From positions 1,629 through 65,628 of the forward strand of contig SHVU01000006.1 of the NCBI GenBank assembly GCA_009691105.1: DNA of 64,000 nt. Direction: 5' to 3'. The first letter of the stretch is position 1. Each line of letters starts with the position of its first letter. Origin of the DNA: Rhodospirillales bacterium (lineage in GTDB: Bacteria; Pseudomonadota; Alphaproteobacteria; Rhodospirillales; SHVU01). The notes beneath the pieces are model-generated. The model was not told where the DNA came from. It worked only from the letters and a program-made list of their open reading frames with translations, and ran no database searches. A program made the translations under genes and the position numbers. This document shows positions 1 through 10,280 of the stretch, one piece after another.

Positions 1-911
1 ATAAGTCCAGCGTCGGCAAAGCCCGGCGCGGGCCACGACGCGACGTCGCGCCGATCGACGCGAAGACGATCGAGAAGCTTCGCCATGGCGTGTTGCGGAT
101 GGGTGATGGCTGGACGATCCGGATCTAGGATCGCCTTCCACGTGGCGTCGTCGGCGTCGCGGTCGAGGCCGGGAAGAACCACCGCGCCTTGTGGCAGCCG
201 CGCGACGACGGCGAGAAGGGCGACGGTCGCCGGCATGGTGCCGGTCGAGCCGGCGGCGATCACCGGTGTGGTCGGCGGCGAGTCGAGCCAGAGCTTGGTT
301 TGCGCGTCCAGGGCTTGGTTGCGCCGGTCGGCGGCATCGATCGCGCCTTCGTCGGCGAGAATTTCCGGCCAGCGCTCGGTGATGATCCGCAGGAAATCGA
401 GCGTCGCTTGCCAGTGTTTGGCGTAGTCCTCGGGCACGAGCGTCTTGAGCTTGGCGAACGAGAGCCGCTCGATGGCGACGGCATCGAGCAGCCGGCCGAG
501 CTCGTCGGCGAGCCGGGCGGCCTGGTCGGGCGGAACGTTCCGGCCCTCGAAAGCGCGAACCAGGCGCGTCAGAAGCAGTTTGCGGCGAAGTGGGGTGATG
601 GCCGGCGGCAGATCGAAGGGCGCCGTGGCGCCGTCGCTGCTCGGCTCGGCCAAAATGATTTCGTCTTCGTCGACGTCGCCGATCGGAACGAGGCGCGGCA
701 ACAGCGTCGGCTTACCGCCGGAATGGCGAAGGAACGCTTCGCTCAGACTGCGTGCGGCGCGCCGTGTCGGCAACAGGACTCGGACGTCGGCGAGAGCTTC
801 GCGCCGTCCGCCCAGTCGATCGAGAATTCCGAGAGCCAACGCATCGACGAACGGCAGTCCCGGCGCGATCGTGAAGATCGCAGGACGACGGGACGGCGTT
901 CGTTCGCTCAT
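1..911 (-). CDS. addB: double-strand break repair protein AddB (alphaproteobacterial type), N-terminal part; runs off the left edge
   Basis: Absent from the ORF track because no stop lies in the window. Manual minus-strand translation from ATG 911..909 gives MSERTPSRRPAIFTIAPGLPFVDALALGILDRL...LLPTRRAARSL...VIAAGSTGTMPATVALL, a typical AddB N-terminus. ATGA overlap with the murU-like stop. Conserved tsaE-amgK-murU-addB order. Confidence 0.8.
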   Translation of the reverse strand, partial: MSERTPSRRPAIFTIAPGLPFVDALALGILDRLGGRREALADVRVLLPTRRAARSLSEAFLRHSGGKPTLLPRLVPIGDVDEDEIILAEPSSDGATAPFDLPPAITPLRRKLLLTRLVRAFEGRNVPPDQAARLADELGRLLDAVAIERLSFAKLKTLVPEDYAKHWQATLDFLRIITERWPEILADEGAIDAADRRNQALDAQTKLWLDSPPTTPVIAAGSTGTMPATVALLAVVARLPQGAVVLPGLDRDADDATWKAILDPDRPAITHPQHAMAKLLDRLRVDRRDVASWPAPGFADAGL

Positions 912-1651
912 CGCCGGTTGGGACCTTCGCGCGACGAGGCCAGGCCGCGTTCGGCCTCGGTCAAACCATCCGGCGTTCCGACGTGGAACCACTCGCCATC
1001 GTGGACAAGACCGTAGAGACGGCCGGACTCGATGGCGCGGTCATAGAGGAGGTTGAGCGAGAACACGCCGGCGGGTGCGCCGTCGAACAGCCGCTGGCTC
1101 AAGATCTGCACGCCGGTAAAGACGAAGGGCGAGACCTGCACCTTGGGCCGCCGCCGAAGCCGGCCGAGGCCGTCGGCCAGGAAATCGCCGGGACCGTCGT
1201 AGCCGTGGCTCGTCACCGTTGGAGCGAGGAGAAGCAATCCGTCCATCCCATCGGGATCGAAGCTTCGCGCCAGTCGGTTCAGCGCCGGCTCCGGCCCGTC
1301 CAGCCACACGGAATCGACGTTGGCGACGTAGAAGGGCGCTTTGCCCAGATGCGGCAAGGCTTTGGCGACTCCGCCGCCGGTATCGAGAATCTGCGGTTCC
1401 GGAGAAATCACGATGCTCGGCTTTTGCCGCGTCGTCAGGTGACGCTCGACGAGGCCGGCCAGGTAATGCGTGTTGACGACGGCGGTGTCGACGCCGGCCT
1501 GGTCGAGGCGATCGAGGACGCGGTCGAGCAGCGTCCGTCCCGAGACGAGGACGAGCGGTTTCGGCCGCGACACCGTCAACGGCCTCATGCGAAGTCCGAG
1601 GCCGGCGGCGAGCACCATGGCCCGGGGCGGTGTTGTTCGGGTCTTACTCAT
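908..1651 (-). CDS. murU: nucleotidyltransferase family protein, MurU-like (N-acetylmuramate-1-phosphate uridylyltransferase)
   Basis: 247 aa. N-terminal AMVLAAGLGLRMRPLT sugar-nucleotidyltransferase motif. ATGA-coupled to the upstream kinase gene. Confidence 0.85.
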   Translation of the reverse strand: MSKTRTTPPRAMVLAAGLGLRMRPLTVSRPKPLVLVSGRTLLDRVLDRLDQAGVDTAVVNTHYLAGLVERHLTTRQKPSIVISPEPQILDTGGGVAKALPHLGKAPFYVANVDSVWLDGPEPALNRLARSFDPDGMDGLLLLAPTVTSHGYDGPGDFLADGLGRLRRRPKVQVSPFVFTGVQILSQRLFDGAPAGVFSLNLLYDRAIESGRLYGLVHDGEWFHVGTPDGLTEAERGLASSREGPNRR

Positions 1652-2676
1652 GGGCGGGCCTCAGTGGTCGGAATGCGTCGCGTGTCCGGCGGCAGGTAGC
1701 GATCAAGCCACGCGGCGACGGGGTGGAGAAGAGGATGTCGCACGGCGCGCTCGAGAAGTCGCCAGACGCGCGGGATGTGAACGAGATAGTCGGGCTTGCG
1801 GTCCAGCCGGCACAGCCGCGTGAAGATGCCGATGACTTTGGCGTGGCGTTGGGCGGCCAGGATCGCGTAGCTCGCCTCGAAGCTGTCGCGGTCCGAGGCC
1901 GGCACGGCGGCGCGGTAGCGGGCCCGCATACGCGCGGCGAGATCGGGCGCGATATCGCGGCGTGCATCTTCAAGGAGCGACATGAGATCGTAGGCTCCGG
2001 GTCCAGAGACCGCGTCCTGAAAGTCGAGAAGGCCGACTTTAGCGACGCCGCGCCGTTCCGGAAGCCACATCAGGTTGTCGACGTGGTAGTCGCGAAGAAC
2101 CAGCGTCTTCGGTTCGGCGGCCAGCGCCGCAAAGGCCGGTCGCCAGGCGTTGCGGTAGGCGGCGCGAGCCTCGGCGGTCAGCGGGGTTTCGAGCGCGGCC
2201 GCTCCGTACCATTCGGGCAGGAGGTCGGCTTCGGTGCCGAGCTTTGCGTCGTCGTAAGGCGCGAGCCGGAGCGGCACAGCCCGTTCCGGCGGCAGGCCAT
2301 GGAGCGCCGCGAGGACATCGACGGCGCCGGCATACAACGTCTCTTCGTCCTCGCGCGAAGCCCCGACAAGTTTGCGCGTAAACGTCGCGTCGCCGAGATC
2401 TTCGAGCAGAAGGAATCCTTGCGCGACGTCTTCGGCTTCGATGCGTGGCGCGCTGAAGCCGAGCGCGTCGAGATGGCGAGCGATGGCAGTGAACGGGCGC
2501 ACATCTTCCTTGCCCGGCGGCGCATCCATGAGGACGGCGCGTTTGCCGTTGCGGTCGATGCGGTGATAGCGCCGGAAGGACGCATCGCCGGCCAAGGGCC
2601 GGCGCGTCGCGCCGGTCCATCCGGCGGCGTCCAAGAATGCCGCGATGGCGATGTTGCGGGCGGTCGGTTCAGCCAC
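1648..2676 (-). CDS. amgK: aminoglycoside phosphotransferase-fold kinase, AmgK-like (MurNAc/GlcNAc anomeric kinase)
   Basis: LAGDASFRRYHRI and DYHVDNLMWL kinase motifs. The longest ORF starts at 2730 (62 nt overlap with tsaE). GTG at 2676 gives a short overlap and is preferred; the start is uncertain. Confidence 0.8.
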   Translation of the reverse strand: MAEPTARNIAIAAFLDAAGWTGATRRPLAGDASFRRYHRIDRNGKRAVLMDAPPGKEDVRPFTAIARHLDALGFSAPRIEAEDVAQGFLLLEDLGDATFTRKLVGASREDEETLYAGAVDVLAALHGLPPERAVPLRLAPYDDAKLGTEADLLPEWYGAAALETPLTAEARAAYRNAWRPAFAALAAEPKTLVLRDYHVDNLMWLPERRGVAKVGLLDFQDAVSGPGAYDLMSLLEDARRDIAPDLAARMRARYRAAVPASDRDSFEASYAILAAQRHAKVIGIFTRLCRLDRKPDYLVHIPRVWRLLERAVRHPLLHPVAAWLDRYLPPDTRRIPTTEARP

Positions 2677-3166
2677 GGCGGGCCTCTGCGAAAGCAGTGG
2701 CAAGGCGGTCGCGCCATCGGCCGCGGCCAATCAGGCGAACGCGCCGCGTGTCGGGCTTGGGGCCTTGTGCGATCGTAATTTCCAGGCGATCGGCGGGCCA
2801 GTCGCCGGCCAGCCGTTCCGGCCACTCGATCAGGGAAATTCCTTCGGCGAAGGCGTCCTCCAGCCCGATCTCGCGGGCCGCGTCCGGCCGCTCGATGCGA
2901 AACAGATCGAAATGGTAAATCCGCCCCACGGCAAGATCGTAGGTCTGGATCAAGGTGAACGTCGGGCTCGGCACTTCTTCGTCGGCCGAGCCGCCGGCAC
3001 GGATGAAGGCCCGGGCGAATGCGGTCTTGCCGGCGCCGAGAGCGCCGGAGAGGCCAATGACATCGGGAACCTGAACGAGACCGGCGATCCGTCCCGCCAG
3101 CGTTGCTGTCGCCGCCTCGTTGGCGAGATCGAGCTCGATCACTGTCGTGTTGGGGTTCGCGTCCAT
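2669..3166 (-). CDS. tsaE: tRNA t6A37 threonylcarbamoyl-adenosine biosynthesis protein TsaE
   Basis: 165 aa. P-loop GALGAGKTAFARAF followed by SPTFTLIQ.Y, a typical TsaE/YjeE pattern. Confidence 0.9.
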   Translation of the reverse strand: MDANPNTTVIELDLANEAATATLAGRIAGLVQVPDVIGLSGALGAGKTAFARAFIRAGGSADEEVPSPTFTLIQTYDLAVGRIYHFDLFRIERPDAAREIGLEDAFAEGISLIEWPERLAGDWPADRLEITIAQGPKPDTRRVRLIGRGRWRDRLATAFAEARRG

Positions 3167-3176
3167 CAGCAGTCGC

Positions 3177-5423
3177 CTAGGCTGCCGGCTCGAGGGGAAG
3201 GCGGGCCGTCACCGTCGTGCCTTTAGCGGCCGAAGATGTCACATCGACTTCGCCGCCATGAAGCTCGACGAACCGTTTGACCAGAGCCAGACCAAACGAC
3301 GCCGCCTCGCCGGGGTCGGTGACGCGGCCGGGGACGGCGGGCTGGAACAGCCGTTCGCGCTCGGCCGCCGAAATGGGGCGGCCACCGTCGGTGATCGCGA
3401 AACTGAGATGCGTCGCCTCACGCCGGGCGCCGATCCGGATCGTGCCGCGCGCCGGACTACGGAGGATTGCATTGCCAAGCAGGTTGGACAGAATTTGCCG
3501 AAGCCGCGCCGGATCCGCCGTGATCGGACCGATATCACGCGGGCAATCGAGTTCGATCTTCAGCGTCTTTCCGGCGTCGCGATCGCGAGCCGTTCCCAGG
3601 ATCGCGGCGAGAGTCGCGTGAACGTCGACGGGCGTGGCCTCGATCCCATTCGCGTCTGCCTCGATCAAGGCGAGATCCAGAACGTCTCCGACGACGGTGA
3701 GCAGCGCGCGCGCCGCCGTGAGGATTCCCTCGGCGTAATCTTTCTGGCGCGGATTGAGCGCCCCAAAATGTTCGCCGGAGAGGAACTCCGAAAATCCGAG
3801 GATCGTGGTGATCGGGGTGCGGGCCTGGAACGACAGGTTGGCGATGAACTCGGCGTTCAGGCGATTGGCGGTGGCGAGGGCTTCGGCCCGCTCACGCAGC
3901 GCCGCCTCGATTGTCGCCGGATCGGTGACGTCGAGATAACTGGTCAACATCGCGGAATCGGGAAGGGGAACGTTGGCGTAATCGAGGATGCGGCCGTCGC
4001 CGCGCCGGATGCGTCCCGAGGTCGTGTCGCGACCGAGAAGCTCACCGAGCATTCGTTCGCGCTCGCTGTCCCAATCGGCGACGTCTGTCATGAAGGGCCG
4101 CATCCGCTCGACGACATCGCGGACATGGGGCGCGGCGTGGATTTCATCAGAATGCAACTGCCAGAGCTCGGCGAAGGCCGGATTGCACAGCCGCATCCGT
4201 CCGTCGCTTCCGAAAACGGCGATGGCCTCATACAGATGATCGAGGGTTTCTTTCTGCACGGCGGCGAGAGTCTTGAGCGAGCGTTCGAGGGCGAGGGCTT
4301 GGGTCACATCCTCGTCGCTGGCCAGCGCGCCGCCAGCATGGGGGACGACGACACGGCGCACCGTGGTGCCATCGGGAAGGTGTAGCAGCATCTCGCGCCG
4401 GGCCGGTGGTTGGCGGTATGCGACGATCTCGGCTTCCCGAAACGCCCGGTAGTTGGGTTGCTCGGGGTATCGCCGCTGTGCGCTGAGACGATCGAGGATT
4501 TCGCCGACGTCGGGCCGCGCCATCAGCCAACGCGCATCGAGGCGCCACAAGGTTGCGAAGGCCGGGTTCGCATACACAAGCCGCGCCGCGGCGTCGAAGA
4601 TCGCAATGCCCGTCGTCAGATTGTCGAGGGCTTGATAGGCCGTGGCCGGAGGCGGCGGGGCTCGGTCGTCGGTTCGGCTGGAGGTTTCGACGGCATACCC
4701 GAGGAAGCCGCCGTTTCCCGGAAGCGGCGCTTCGGTGACATCGACGATGCGGCGTCCGCCAGCCGGAAAGGCGAAGCGCTCGCTGGCCGGGCCATTCCGG
4801 ACCGAGGCGCTGGCGGCAAGCGCTTTGACCGCGGTCGATTCGGCGAGACCCTCTGCCGCCGGACTTGCCGCGACAAGTTCGAGATCGGGGCCGCGCAGCC
4901 ACGCCGGAATCGGCATCGTGGCGATCAGGGCTGAAATTGCGTCGTGAGCGATTTGTTCGCTGTTATCCGGTGCGGTGTGGCGGGCCCGCATCCACACAAG
5001 ATCGGCGGCATCGCCACGCCGTCCGTAAGCGTCGATGCGTCGACCCGATCCGGCGAGTTCGAGATCGATCTCGAAGGACTCTCCCTGGCTCCGCAAACGA
5101 TCGACGGCACGGGCGAGGCCGGCTCGCGACGTCTCGGCGAACCGCCCCAACACATCGGCGAATCGGGCTTCGGTGCCGTCGGTGAGACCGAGCAGGACCG
5201 CCAAACGGCGGGAACTGCGCCCGGCATTGGTCCGGCGATCCCACAGGAAGAAACCGTCGGGAGCCGTGGCGAGCGCGTCACCGGCGCGGATTGCTTCAGT
5301 CTGGTGTTCGGCGGCCGCGTCGGTCGCCGCTTTCAGGCGCGTTTCTTGCCGCCGTAGGAGAACGGCCGCGATGGCACCGGCCAAGCCGACGCCGATCAGG
5401 AACGAGACGACGACATCCATCAA
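3177..5423 (-). CDS. membrane-anchored multi-PAS sensor histidine kinase
   Basis: 748 aa. N-terminal TM helix, PAS-like repeats, HisKA-like region (FIANLSFQARTPITTILGFSEFL) and a C-terminal HATPase_c region (GLALVKRFVELHGG). Confidence 0.9.
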   Translation of the reverse strand: MMDVVVSFLIGVGLAGAIAAVLLRRQETRLKAATDAAAEHQTEAIRAGDALATAPDGFFLWDRRTNAGRSSRRLAVLLGLTDGTEARFADVLGRFAETSRAGLARAVDRLRSQGESFEIDLELAGSGRRIDAYGRRGDAADLVWMRARHTAPDNSEQIAHDAISALIATMPIPAWLRGPDLELVAASPAAEGLAESTAVKALAASASVRNGPASERFAFPAGGRRIVDVTEAPLPGNGGFLGYAVETSSRTDDRAPPPPATAYQALDNLTTGIAIFDAAARLVYANPAFATLWRLDARWLMARPDVGEILDRLSAQRRYPEQPNYRAFREAEIVAYRQPPARREMLLHLPDGTTVRRVVVPHAGGALASDEDVTQALALERSLKTLAAVQKETLDHLYEAIAVFGSDGRMRLCNPAFAELWQLHSDEIHAAPHVRDVVERMRPFMTDVADWDSERERMLGELLGRDTTSGRIRRGDGRILDYANVPLPDSAMLTSYLDVTDPATIEAALRERAEALATANRLNAEFIANLSFQARTPITTILGFSEFLSGEHFGALNPRQKDYAEGILTAARALLTVVGDVLDLALIEADANGIEATPVDVHATLAAILGTARDRDAGKTLKIELDCPRDIGPITADPARLRQILSNLLGNAILRSPARGTIRIGARREATHLSFAITDGGRPISAAERERLFQPAVPGRVTDPGEAASFGLALVKRFVELHGGEVDVTSSAAKGTTVTARLPLEPAA

Positions 5424-5536
5424 TTAGAACGGCCCCAGCGCGCGCGGAGCGCCACCGCCGGCCCGCTACGCCCGCGCCTCAGTGTGTTGGCTTTCGCGCC
5501 GAAGCCACGACATCTTGGGGCAAACGGCGGCCTGCC

Positions 5537-6832
5537 TCAATACCTGTAGTAGTCGGGCTTAAAGGGACCGTTGGATGGAACGCCGATGTAATCCGCCTGC
5601 TTGGGGGTCAGCGTGGTCAAATTCACCCCGAGCTTGGCGAGATGCAGACGCGCCACCTTCTCGTCGAGCGCCTTCGGCAGGACGTAGACCTTATTCTCGT
5701 ACTTGCCGTGATTGGCCCAAAGCTCGATCTGCGCCAGCACCTGGTTGGTGAAGGACGCGCTCATGACGAAGCTCGGATGGCCGTTGGCGCAGCCCAAATT
5801 CACAAGGCGGCCTTCGGCGAGCAACAGCAAACGCTTGCCGTCCGGGAACTCGACTTCATCGACCTGCGGCTTCACGTTGTGCCAGCGGAGATTGCGCAGC
5901 GCCGAGACTTCGATCTCGGCGTCGAAGTGGCCGATGTTGCAGACGATGGCCCGATCCTTCATCTGCCGCATGTGATCGAGCGTGATGACGTCGGTGTTGC
6001 CGGTCGCGGTGACGAAGATGTCGCCGGTCTTCGCGGCCTCATCCATAGTGACGACGGCATAGCCTTCCATCGCCGCCTGCAGCGCGCAGATCGGATCGAT
6101 CTCGGTGATGAGAACGCGCGCGCCTTGGCCGCGCAGCGCCTGGGCCGAACCTTTGCCGACTTCGCCGAAGCCGCAGACCACGCCGATCTTGCCGGCCAGC
6201 ATGACGCCGGTGGCCCGCTTGATGCCGTCGACGAGGCTTTCGCGCGCGCCGTACAGATTGTCGAACTTGGACTTCGTGACCGAGTCGTTGACGTTGAAGG
6301 CGGGAACCTTGAGGCGACCTTTCTTCTCCATCTCGTAGAGGCGATGGACGCCAGTCGTCGTTTCTTCCGACAAGCCGCGAACTCCGTCGAGGACCTTGGG
6401 GTGCTTATCGTGAACGAGGACGGTCAGATCCCCGCCGTCATCGAGCAGCATGTTCGGTTGCCAGCCGTTGGGGCCGGTGATGGTCTGTTCGACGCACCAC
6501 CAGTATTCCTCTTCGGTCTCGCCTTTCCAGGCGAAGACCGGAACGCCGGCCTTGGCGATGGCGGCGGCGGCATGATCTTGGGTCGAGAAGATGTTGCACG
6601 AACTCCAGCGAATGTCGGCGCCCAGGGCTTGGAGCGTCTCGATCAAGACCGCCGTCTGAATCGTCATATGCAGGCAGCCGGTGATGCGGGCGCCATTCAG
6701 CGGCTTTTTCTTGCCGAACTCTTCGCGGAGCGACATGAGCCCCGGCATCTCGGTCTCGGCGATGGCAATCTCGCGGCGGCCCCAATCGGCGAGGCTGATG
6801 TCGGCGACTTTGTAATCGTTGGGCGATGCCAT
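5537..6832 (-). CDS. ahcY: adenosylhomocysteinase
   Basis: 431 aa. [17 protein letters not shown] start, NAD-binding [10 protein letters not shown], and the C-terminal PFKPDYYRY signature. Confidence 0.97.
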   Translation of the reverse strand: MASPNDYKVADISLADWGRREIAIAETEMPGLMSLREEFGKKKPLNGARITGCLHMTIQTAVLIETLQALGADIRWSSCNIFSTQDHAAAAIAKAGVPVFAWKGETEEEYWWCVEQTITGPNGWQPNMLLDDGGDLTVLVHDKHPKVLDGVRGLSEETTTGVHRLYEMEKKGRLKVPAFNVNDSVTKSKFDNLYGARESLVDGIKRATGVMLAGKIGVVCGFGEVGKGSAQALRGQGARVLITEIDPICALQAAMEGYAVVTMDEAAKTGDIFVTATGNTDVITLDHMRQMKDRAIVCNIGHFDAEIEVSALRNLRWHNVKPQVDEVEFPDGKRLLLLAEGRLVNLGCANGHPSFVMSASFTNQVLAQIELWANHGKYENKVYVLPKALDEKVARLHLAKLGVNLTTLTPKQADYIGVPSNGPFKPDYYRY

Positions 6833-6936
6833 GGCGGGTCCTTTGATGACGGGCTAACGACGGTTGCGGGAGGCCGACCAACGGTCGGTCCTGGGGGTCA
6901 TTAACAGCGGCCTTTCCGGTGGGCAAGGCCCAAGTT

Positions 6937-7236
6937 TTACTGGCGTTCGCCGAATCCGCTGTCGATGAGTTCGCCCAGTGCCGCGAGGGCTGTTTCCGCC
7001 TCCGGCCCGGTTGCTTCGAGCACCAACTTCGAGCCTTGAGAGGCTGCAAGCAGCAGAATATCGGTGACCGAATGGGCGGAGACCGTCTCGCCGTTGAAGG
7101 TCACCGTGACGTCGGCGGCGAACCGGTTTGCGGTCTTGGCGAATTTCGCCGCCGGCCGGGCGTGAAGACCCAGCCGGTTCAGAATTTCGGCCGTCCGCTT
7201 AAGAGGAGCGGGCTTTTTCGGTTTTGGAGGGCTCAT
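6937..7236 (-). CDS. ptsH: HPr-family phosphocarrier protein (Npr-like)
   Basis: 99 aa. Active-site GLHARPA (His15 equivalent) and a Ser in the HSVTDILLL region. Overlaps the EIIA 3' end by 38 nt, so the real start may be a later non-ATG codon. Confidence 0.88.
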   Translation of the reverse strand: MSPPKPKKPAPLKRTAEILNRLGLHARPAAKFAKTANRFAADVTVTFNGETVSAHSVTDILLLAASQGSKLVLEATGPEAETALAALGELIDSGFGERQ

Positions 7237-7642
7237 GAAGGGGCTTGTTCAAGAATTCCGAGGCGACGCGGATTGCCTTGCGTCCGGCATGTTCGGCGCT
7301 GGCCGCGGCGGCGGCCAAAGAATCGGCAGCGTCCATCTCGGTCGCGAGTTTTACGAGCATCGGGAGGTTGACCCCGGCGATGACCTCGACCCGGGCCTCG
7401 CCCATGATCGAGATCGCCAAGTTCGACGGCGTCCCCCCAAAGAGATCGGTCAGGACGAGAACGCCGTAGCCTTGGTCCGCCGATTGGACTCGCGCCACCA
7501 GCTCGCGGCGCTTGGCATCGACATCGTCGTCGGGACTGAAGCACACCGCGCCGATGTTGGGTTGGAAGCCCAAGATCTGCTCGGCGGCGGCGCGAAGCTC
7601 CAAGGCCAGTCGGCCGTGGCTGACGATGACGATTCCGATCAT
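7199..7642 (-). CDS. PTS EIIA component, mannose family (ManX-like regulatory EIIA)
   Basis: Internal ATG 7642 gives MIGIVIVSHGRLALEL (phosphorylatable His). A purine-rich stretch (candidate RBS) lies upstream. The longer ORF from 7774 would overlap rapZ. Confidence 0.88.
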   Translation of the reverse strand: MIGIVIVSHGRLALELRAAAEQILGFQPNIGAVCFSPDDDVDAKRRELVARVQSADQGYGVLVLTDLFGGTPSNLAISIMGEARVEVIAGVNLPMLVKLATEMDAADSLAAAAASAEHAGRKAIRVASEFLNKPLHEPSKTEKARSS

Positions 7643-7656
7643 GCGTTCCTGCCTGC

Positions 7657-8598
7657 CTAGTCTTCGCCGTCGTCCAGATCGCGATGCAGAACCGCGACCT
7701 TCTCGCCCTGCGTCTCGAGCCAGCGCGCCAAGGCCTCGGCGACGAAGACCGAGCGATGGCGACCGCCCGTGCACCCGACGGCGATGGTGAGGTAGCTCTT
7801 GCCCTCGGCAACGTAGCGGGGCAAGAGCGGCTTGAGAAGCCGGGTCACGCTGTCGAAAAACGGCCCATATCCCGGATCCTTGGAAATATGCGCGCCGACC
7901 TGCTCATTGCGGCCGTCCATCGGTCGCAAGGCCGGATCGTAGTGAGGATTGCTGAGAAAGCGGACGTCGAAGACGAGGTCGGCCTCGCGGGGTAGACCGC
8001 GACGATACGCGAACGAGGTCACGACGACCGAGAGGCCCGTCGCCGTCGGTGTCCCGAAATGACCCGACAACAAGCGCTTGAGCTCGCCAGGCCCGAGGCC
8101 GGTGGTGTCGATGGTGACGTCGGCGCGATCTTTGAGCGCGGTCAGGAGGCGCCGTTCATGGGCGATGCCGTCGCGCACCGGACGATCGAGGGCCAACGGA
8201 TGGCGATGCCGGGTCTCGGCATAGCGGCGGGCCAATTCTTCGTCGTCGCAATCGAGGAACAGGATGCGGACCTCGACGTGGCGCGAGCCGGCCAAGCGTT
8301 CCATTTCCGCAAGGACGGGCTGGGCGCCGAAGTCACGGGTGCGGATGTCGATACCGATCGCGAGGGGCCGGGCAAATCCGGCGCCATCGGGACGACGCTC
8401 GCCCGGCGGCACCAAGTTGACCAAGAGCGACAACGGCAAGTTGTCGACGGCTTCGAAGCCGAGGTCCTCGAGGGCTTTCAAGGCCGAGGTCTTGCCGGCG
8501 CCGGACATGCCCGTCACTAAAATGACTCGGGCCTTATCCGTCTCGGCGTCGCGAGCGGAAGCGGTGAAGGTCCGGGAATCGGCTGGGACGCCGGTCAT
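7657..8598 (-). CDS. rapZ: RNase adapter protein RapZ (YhbJ P-loop ATPase)
   Basis: Walker A GMSGAGKTSALKALEDLGF..VDNLP and C-terminal GCTGGRHRSV. Alternative GTG start at 8616 overlaps the chvG stop (GTGA). Confidence 0.9.
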   Translation of the reverse strand: MTGVPADSRTFTASARDAETDKARVILVTGMSGAGKTSALKALEDLGFEAVDNLPLSLLVNLVPPGERRPDGAGFARPLAIGIDIRTRDFGAQPVLAEMERLAGSRHVEVRILFLDCDDEELARRYAETRHRHPLALDRPVRDGIAHERRLLTALKDRADVTIDTTGLGPGELKRLLSGHFGTPTATGLSVVVTSFAYRRGLPREADLVFDVRFLSNPHYDPALRPMDGRNEQVGAHISKDPGYGPFFDSVTRLLKPLLPRYVAEGKSYLTIAVGCTGGRHRSVFVAEALARWLETQGEKVAVLHRDLDDGED

Positions 8599-8612
8599 GG
8601 CGGCGAACGATA

Positions 8613-10259
8613 TCACAGCCGTTCGGCGCGACCAGGGGTACGGGCCGGCAAGCGGACCGTAAAGCGCGCCCCCAGGACCCGTCCGTCCGGCGCGACGCGG
8701 TTTTCGGCGCTGATTGTCCCGCCGTGGGCATCGACGATCTGCTGAGAAATGCTGAGGCCGAGGCCCGAATGCGCCCCGAATTTCTCGCCGGCCGGGCGCT
8801 CCGAATAGAAGCGATCAAAAATAGCGCGCTCCTTCCCGGACGGAATCCCAGGACCTTCGTCCTCGACCGTCACGACGACGGCATCGCGGTCTCGGGCGGC
8901 GCGAAGGGTAATGCTTCCGTCGGGCGGACTGAATGACGCGGCGTTGGCGATCAGGTTGCGAAATACCTGGACGAGCCGGCTCTCGACGCCTTCGACGTCG
9001 AGGCGCAATCCGTTGGCGATGTCGAAGTGCAAGGCTGGGTCGCGACTTTTGCGCGGCGTCTGTTGGACGTCGACGAGGGTGGCGAGAAGCGGACGCAGAT
9101 CGACAGGCTCGGGTCGGGCCCGCGACAATTCAGCATCCAGGCGCGAGGCGTCGGCGATGTCGCTGATCAGGCGATTCAGTCGGTCGACGTCGTCGAGGAT
9201 GATCGCGAACAACCGCTGTTGCTGCTCGGGATCTTTGAGACGAACGACGGTTTCGACGGCGCTTTTCACCGAGGTCAGAGGATTCTTGATCTCGTGGGCG
9301 ACGTCGGCGGCGAAGGCCTCGATGGCGTCGACGCGTTGGGTCAGGGCTTCCGTCATGGCGCGCAGCGATCGCGCCAGTTCGCCGATCTCATCCCGGCGCC
9401 CGGCGAAATCGGGAATGGCCGCTTCACGTCCGCGGCCCAAACGGACCCGTTCCGCGGCGAGCGCCAGACGACGGATCGGCCTGGCAATGGTGCCGGCAAG
9501 ATAGAGCGAGAGAAGAATGGTGACGCCGAGCCCGACCGCGAACACTTGCAGGATCGTGAGGCGGACTCCGGCCATGGCGGCCTCGATGTCGGGAGAGCCT
9601 TTGGTCAGAAGGAGCGCGCCCAAAACCTGCTTGTAGCTTTGGACAGGTTGGCCGACGCCCAAGATGAGCCGGCCGTCACCCACGGATCGGGCTCGGGCGA
9701 CAGGCTCGCCATCGAGGGCCAGCGCAACTTCGTCGTAATCCGAGGCCTGCTGATCGACCTTTTCCTCATAGAGCGGAAATTCTTGATGACCCGGAAGCCA
9801 GTCGAGGACCCGCCCCAGAACGCTAAGCATCCAGGCGCCGACCGGAAGAGATTCGAGCGGTGGTGCAACCGGTTCGATCTGGACCGTGCCGCCTGGCCCG
9901 ATGAGGCGACGGCTATCGACGATCAGAACGCCCTCGGCATTGTAGACGCGGGCCCGTGTTCCGGTTGTCTCGGCGAGGCGACGGACGATGGATCGGGTGC
10001 TGTCCGCATCCAAGGCTTGCTCGATGAGGCCGAGCCCGCCGGCATCCGAATTGACCGCGCCTTCACCCAGGGCCGCGGCGAACATCGCGCCTTGGACGCT
10101 CAGCGCCGCCAGCTCGCCTTCGACCAACCCCCGTCGGTATTCCCCAAGATACAAAAGCCCGGCGATCGGAATGGCCAGCGCAAGGATGTTGACGGCGAGG
10201 ATTCGTCGGGTGAGAGGCGAGCCGAACCGACGGGCCGCGGAACGCACCGGTCCAATCAC
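8613..10259 (-). CDS. chvG: ChvG/ExoS-type sensor histidine kinase
   Basis: 548 aa. Two TM segments flank a periplasmic domain, then HAMP, H-box FAADVAHEIKNPLTS and an ATPase domain. Lies directly downstream of the chvI-like regulator. Confidence 0.88.
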   Translation of the reverse strand: MIGPVRSAARRFGSPLTRRILAVNILALAIPIAGLLYLGEYRRGLVEGELAALSVQGAMFAAALGEGAVNSDAGGLGLIEQALDADSTRSIVRRLAETTGTRARVYNAEGVLIVDSRRLIGPGGTVQIEPVAPPLESLPVGAWMLSVLGRVLDWLPGHQEFPLYEEKVDQQASDYDEVALALDGEPVARARSVGDGRLILGVGQPVQSYKQVLGALLLTKGSPDIEAAMAGVRLTILQVFAVGLGVTILLSLYLAGTIARPIRRLALAAERVRLGRGREAAIPDFAGRRDEIGELARSLRAMTEALTQRVDAIEAFAADVAHEIKNPLTSVKSAVETVVRLKDPEQQQRLFAIILDDVDRLNRLISDIADASRLDAELSRARPEPVDLRPLLATLVDVQQTPRKSRDPALHFDIANGLRLDVEGVESRLVQVFRNLIANAASFSPPDGSITLRAARDRDAVVVTVEDEGPGIPSGKERAIFDRFYSERPAGEKFGAHSGLGLSISQQIVDAHGGTISAENRVAPDGRVLGARFTVRLPARTPGRAERL

Positions 10260-10280
10260 GGGCGGCGCCTCGTTCGACGA

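Noticed and set aside
5291-6904. Very long ORFs antisense to, or out of frame with, recognised genes. Examples: 189..1016, 1630..2778, 3120..4385, 5291..6904, 9027..10808, 20063..21265, 27314..28396, 30512..32323, 33011..34297, 39478..40620, 41650..43077, 43164..44561, 56189..57154, 60697..61698, 62246..63502.
   Set aside because: All overlap genes with unmistakable conserved motifs on the other strand or frame. Their translations are Arg/Gly/Ala/Pro-rich low-complexity sequence typical of shadow ORFs in ~65% GC DNA. There is no independent coding evidence.
6833-6936. Looked for an SAH riboswitch in the 104-nt leader of ahcY.
   Set aside because: The leader contains only short hairpins (for example CCGACC-GTT-GGTCGG). 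It lacks the conserved SAH-element core sequences I remember (GAGGAGCGCUGC...AGGCUCGG...AACGGCGCUCA). No support without a covariance-model search.
7199-7236. 38-nt overlap between the EIIA 3' end and the HPr ORF 5' end, considered as a possible frameshift or fusion.
   Set aside because: Both proteins are complete with normal termini. The overlap most likely reflects an HPr start at a downstream non-ATG codon. No disrupted motif was seen.
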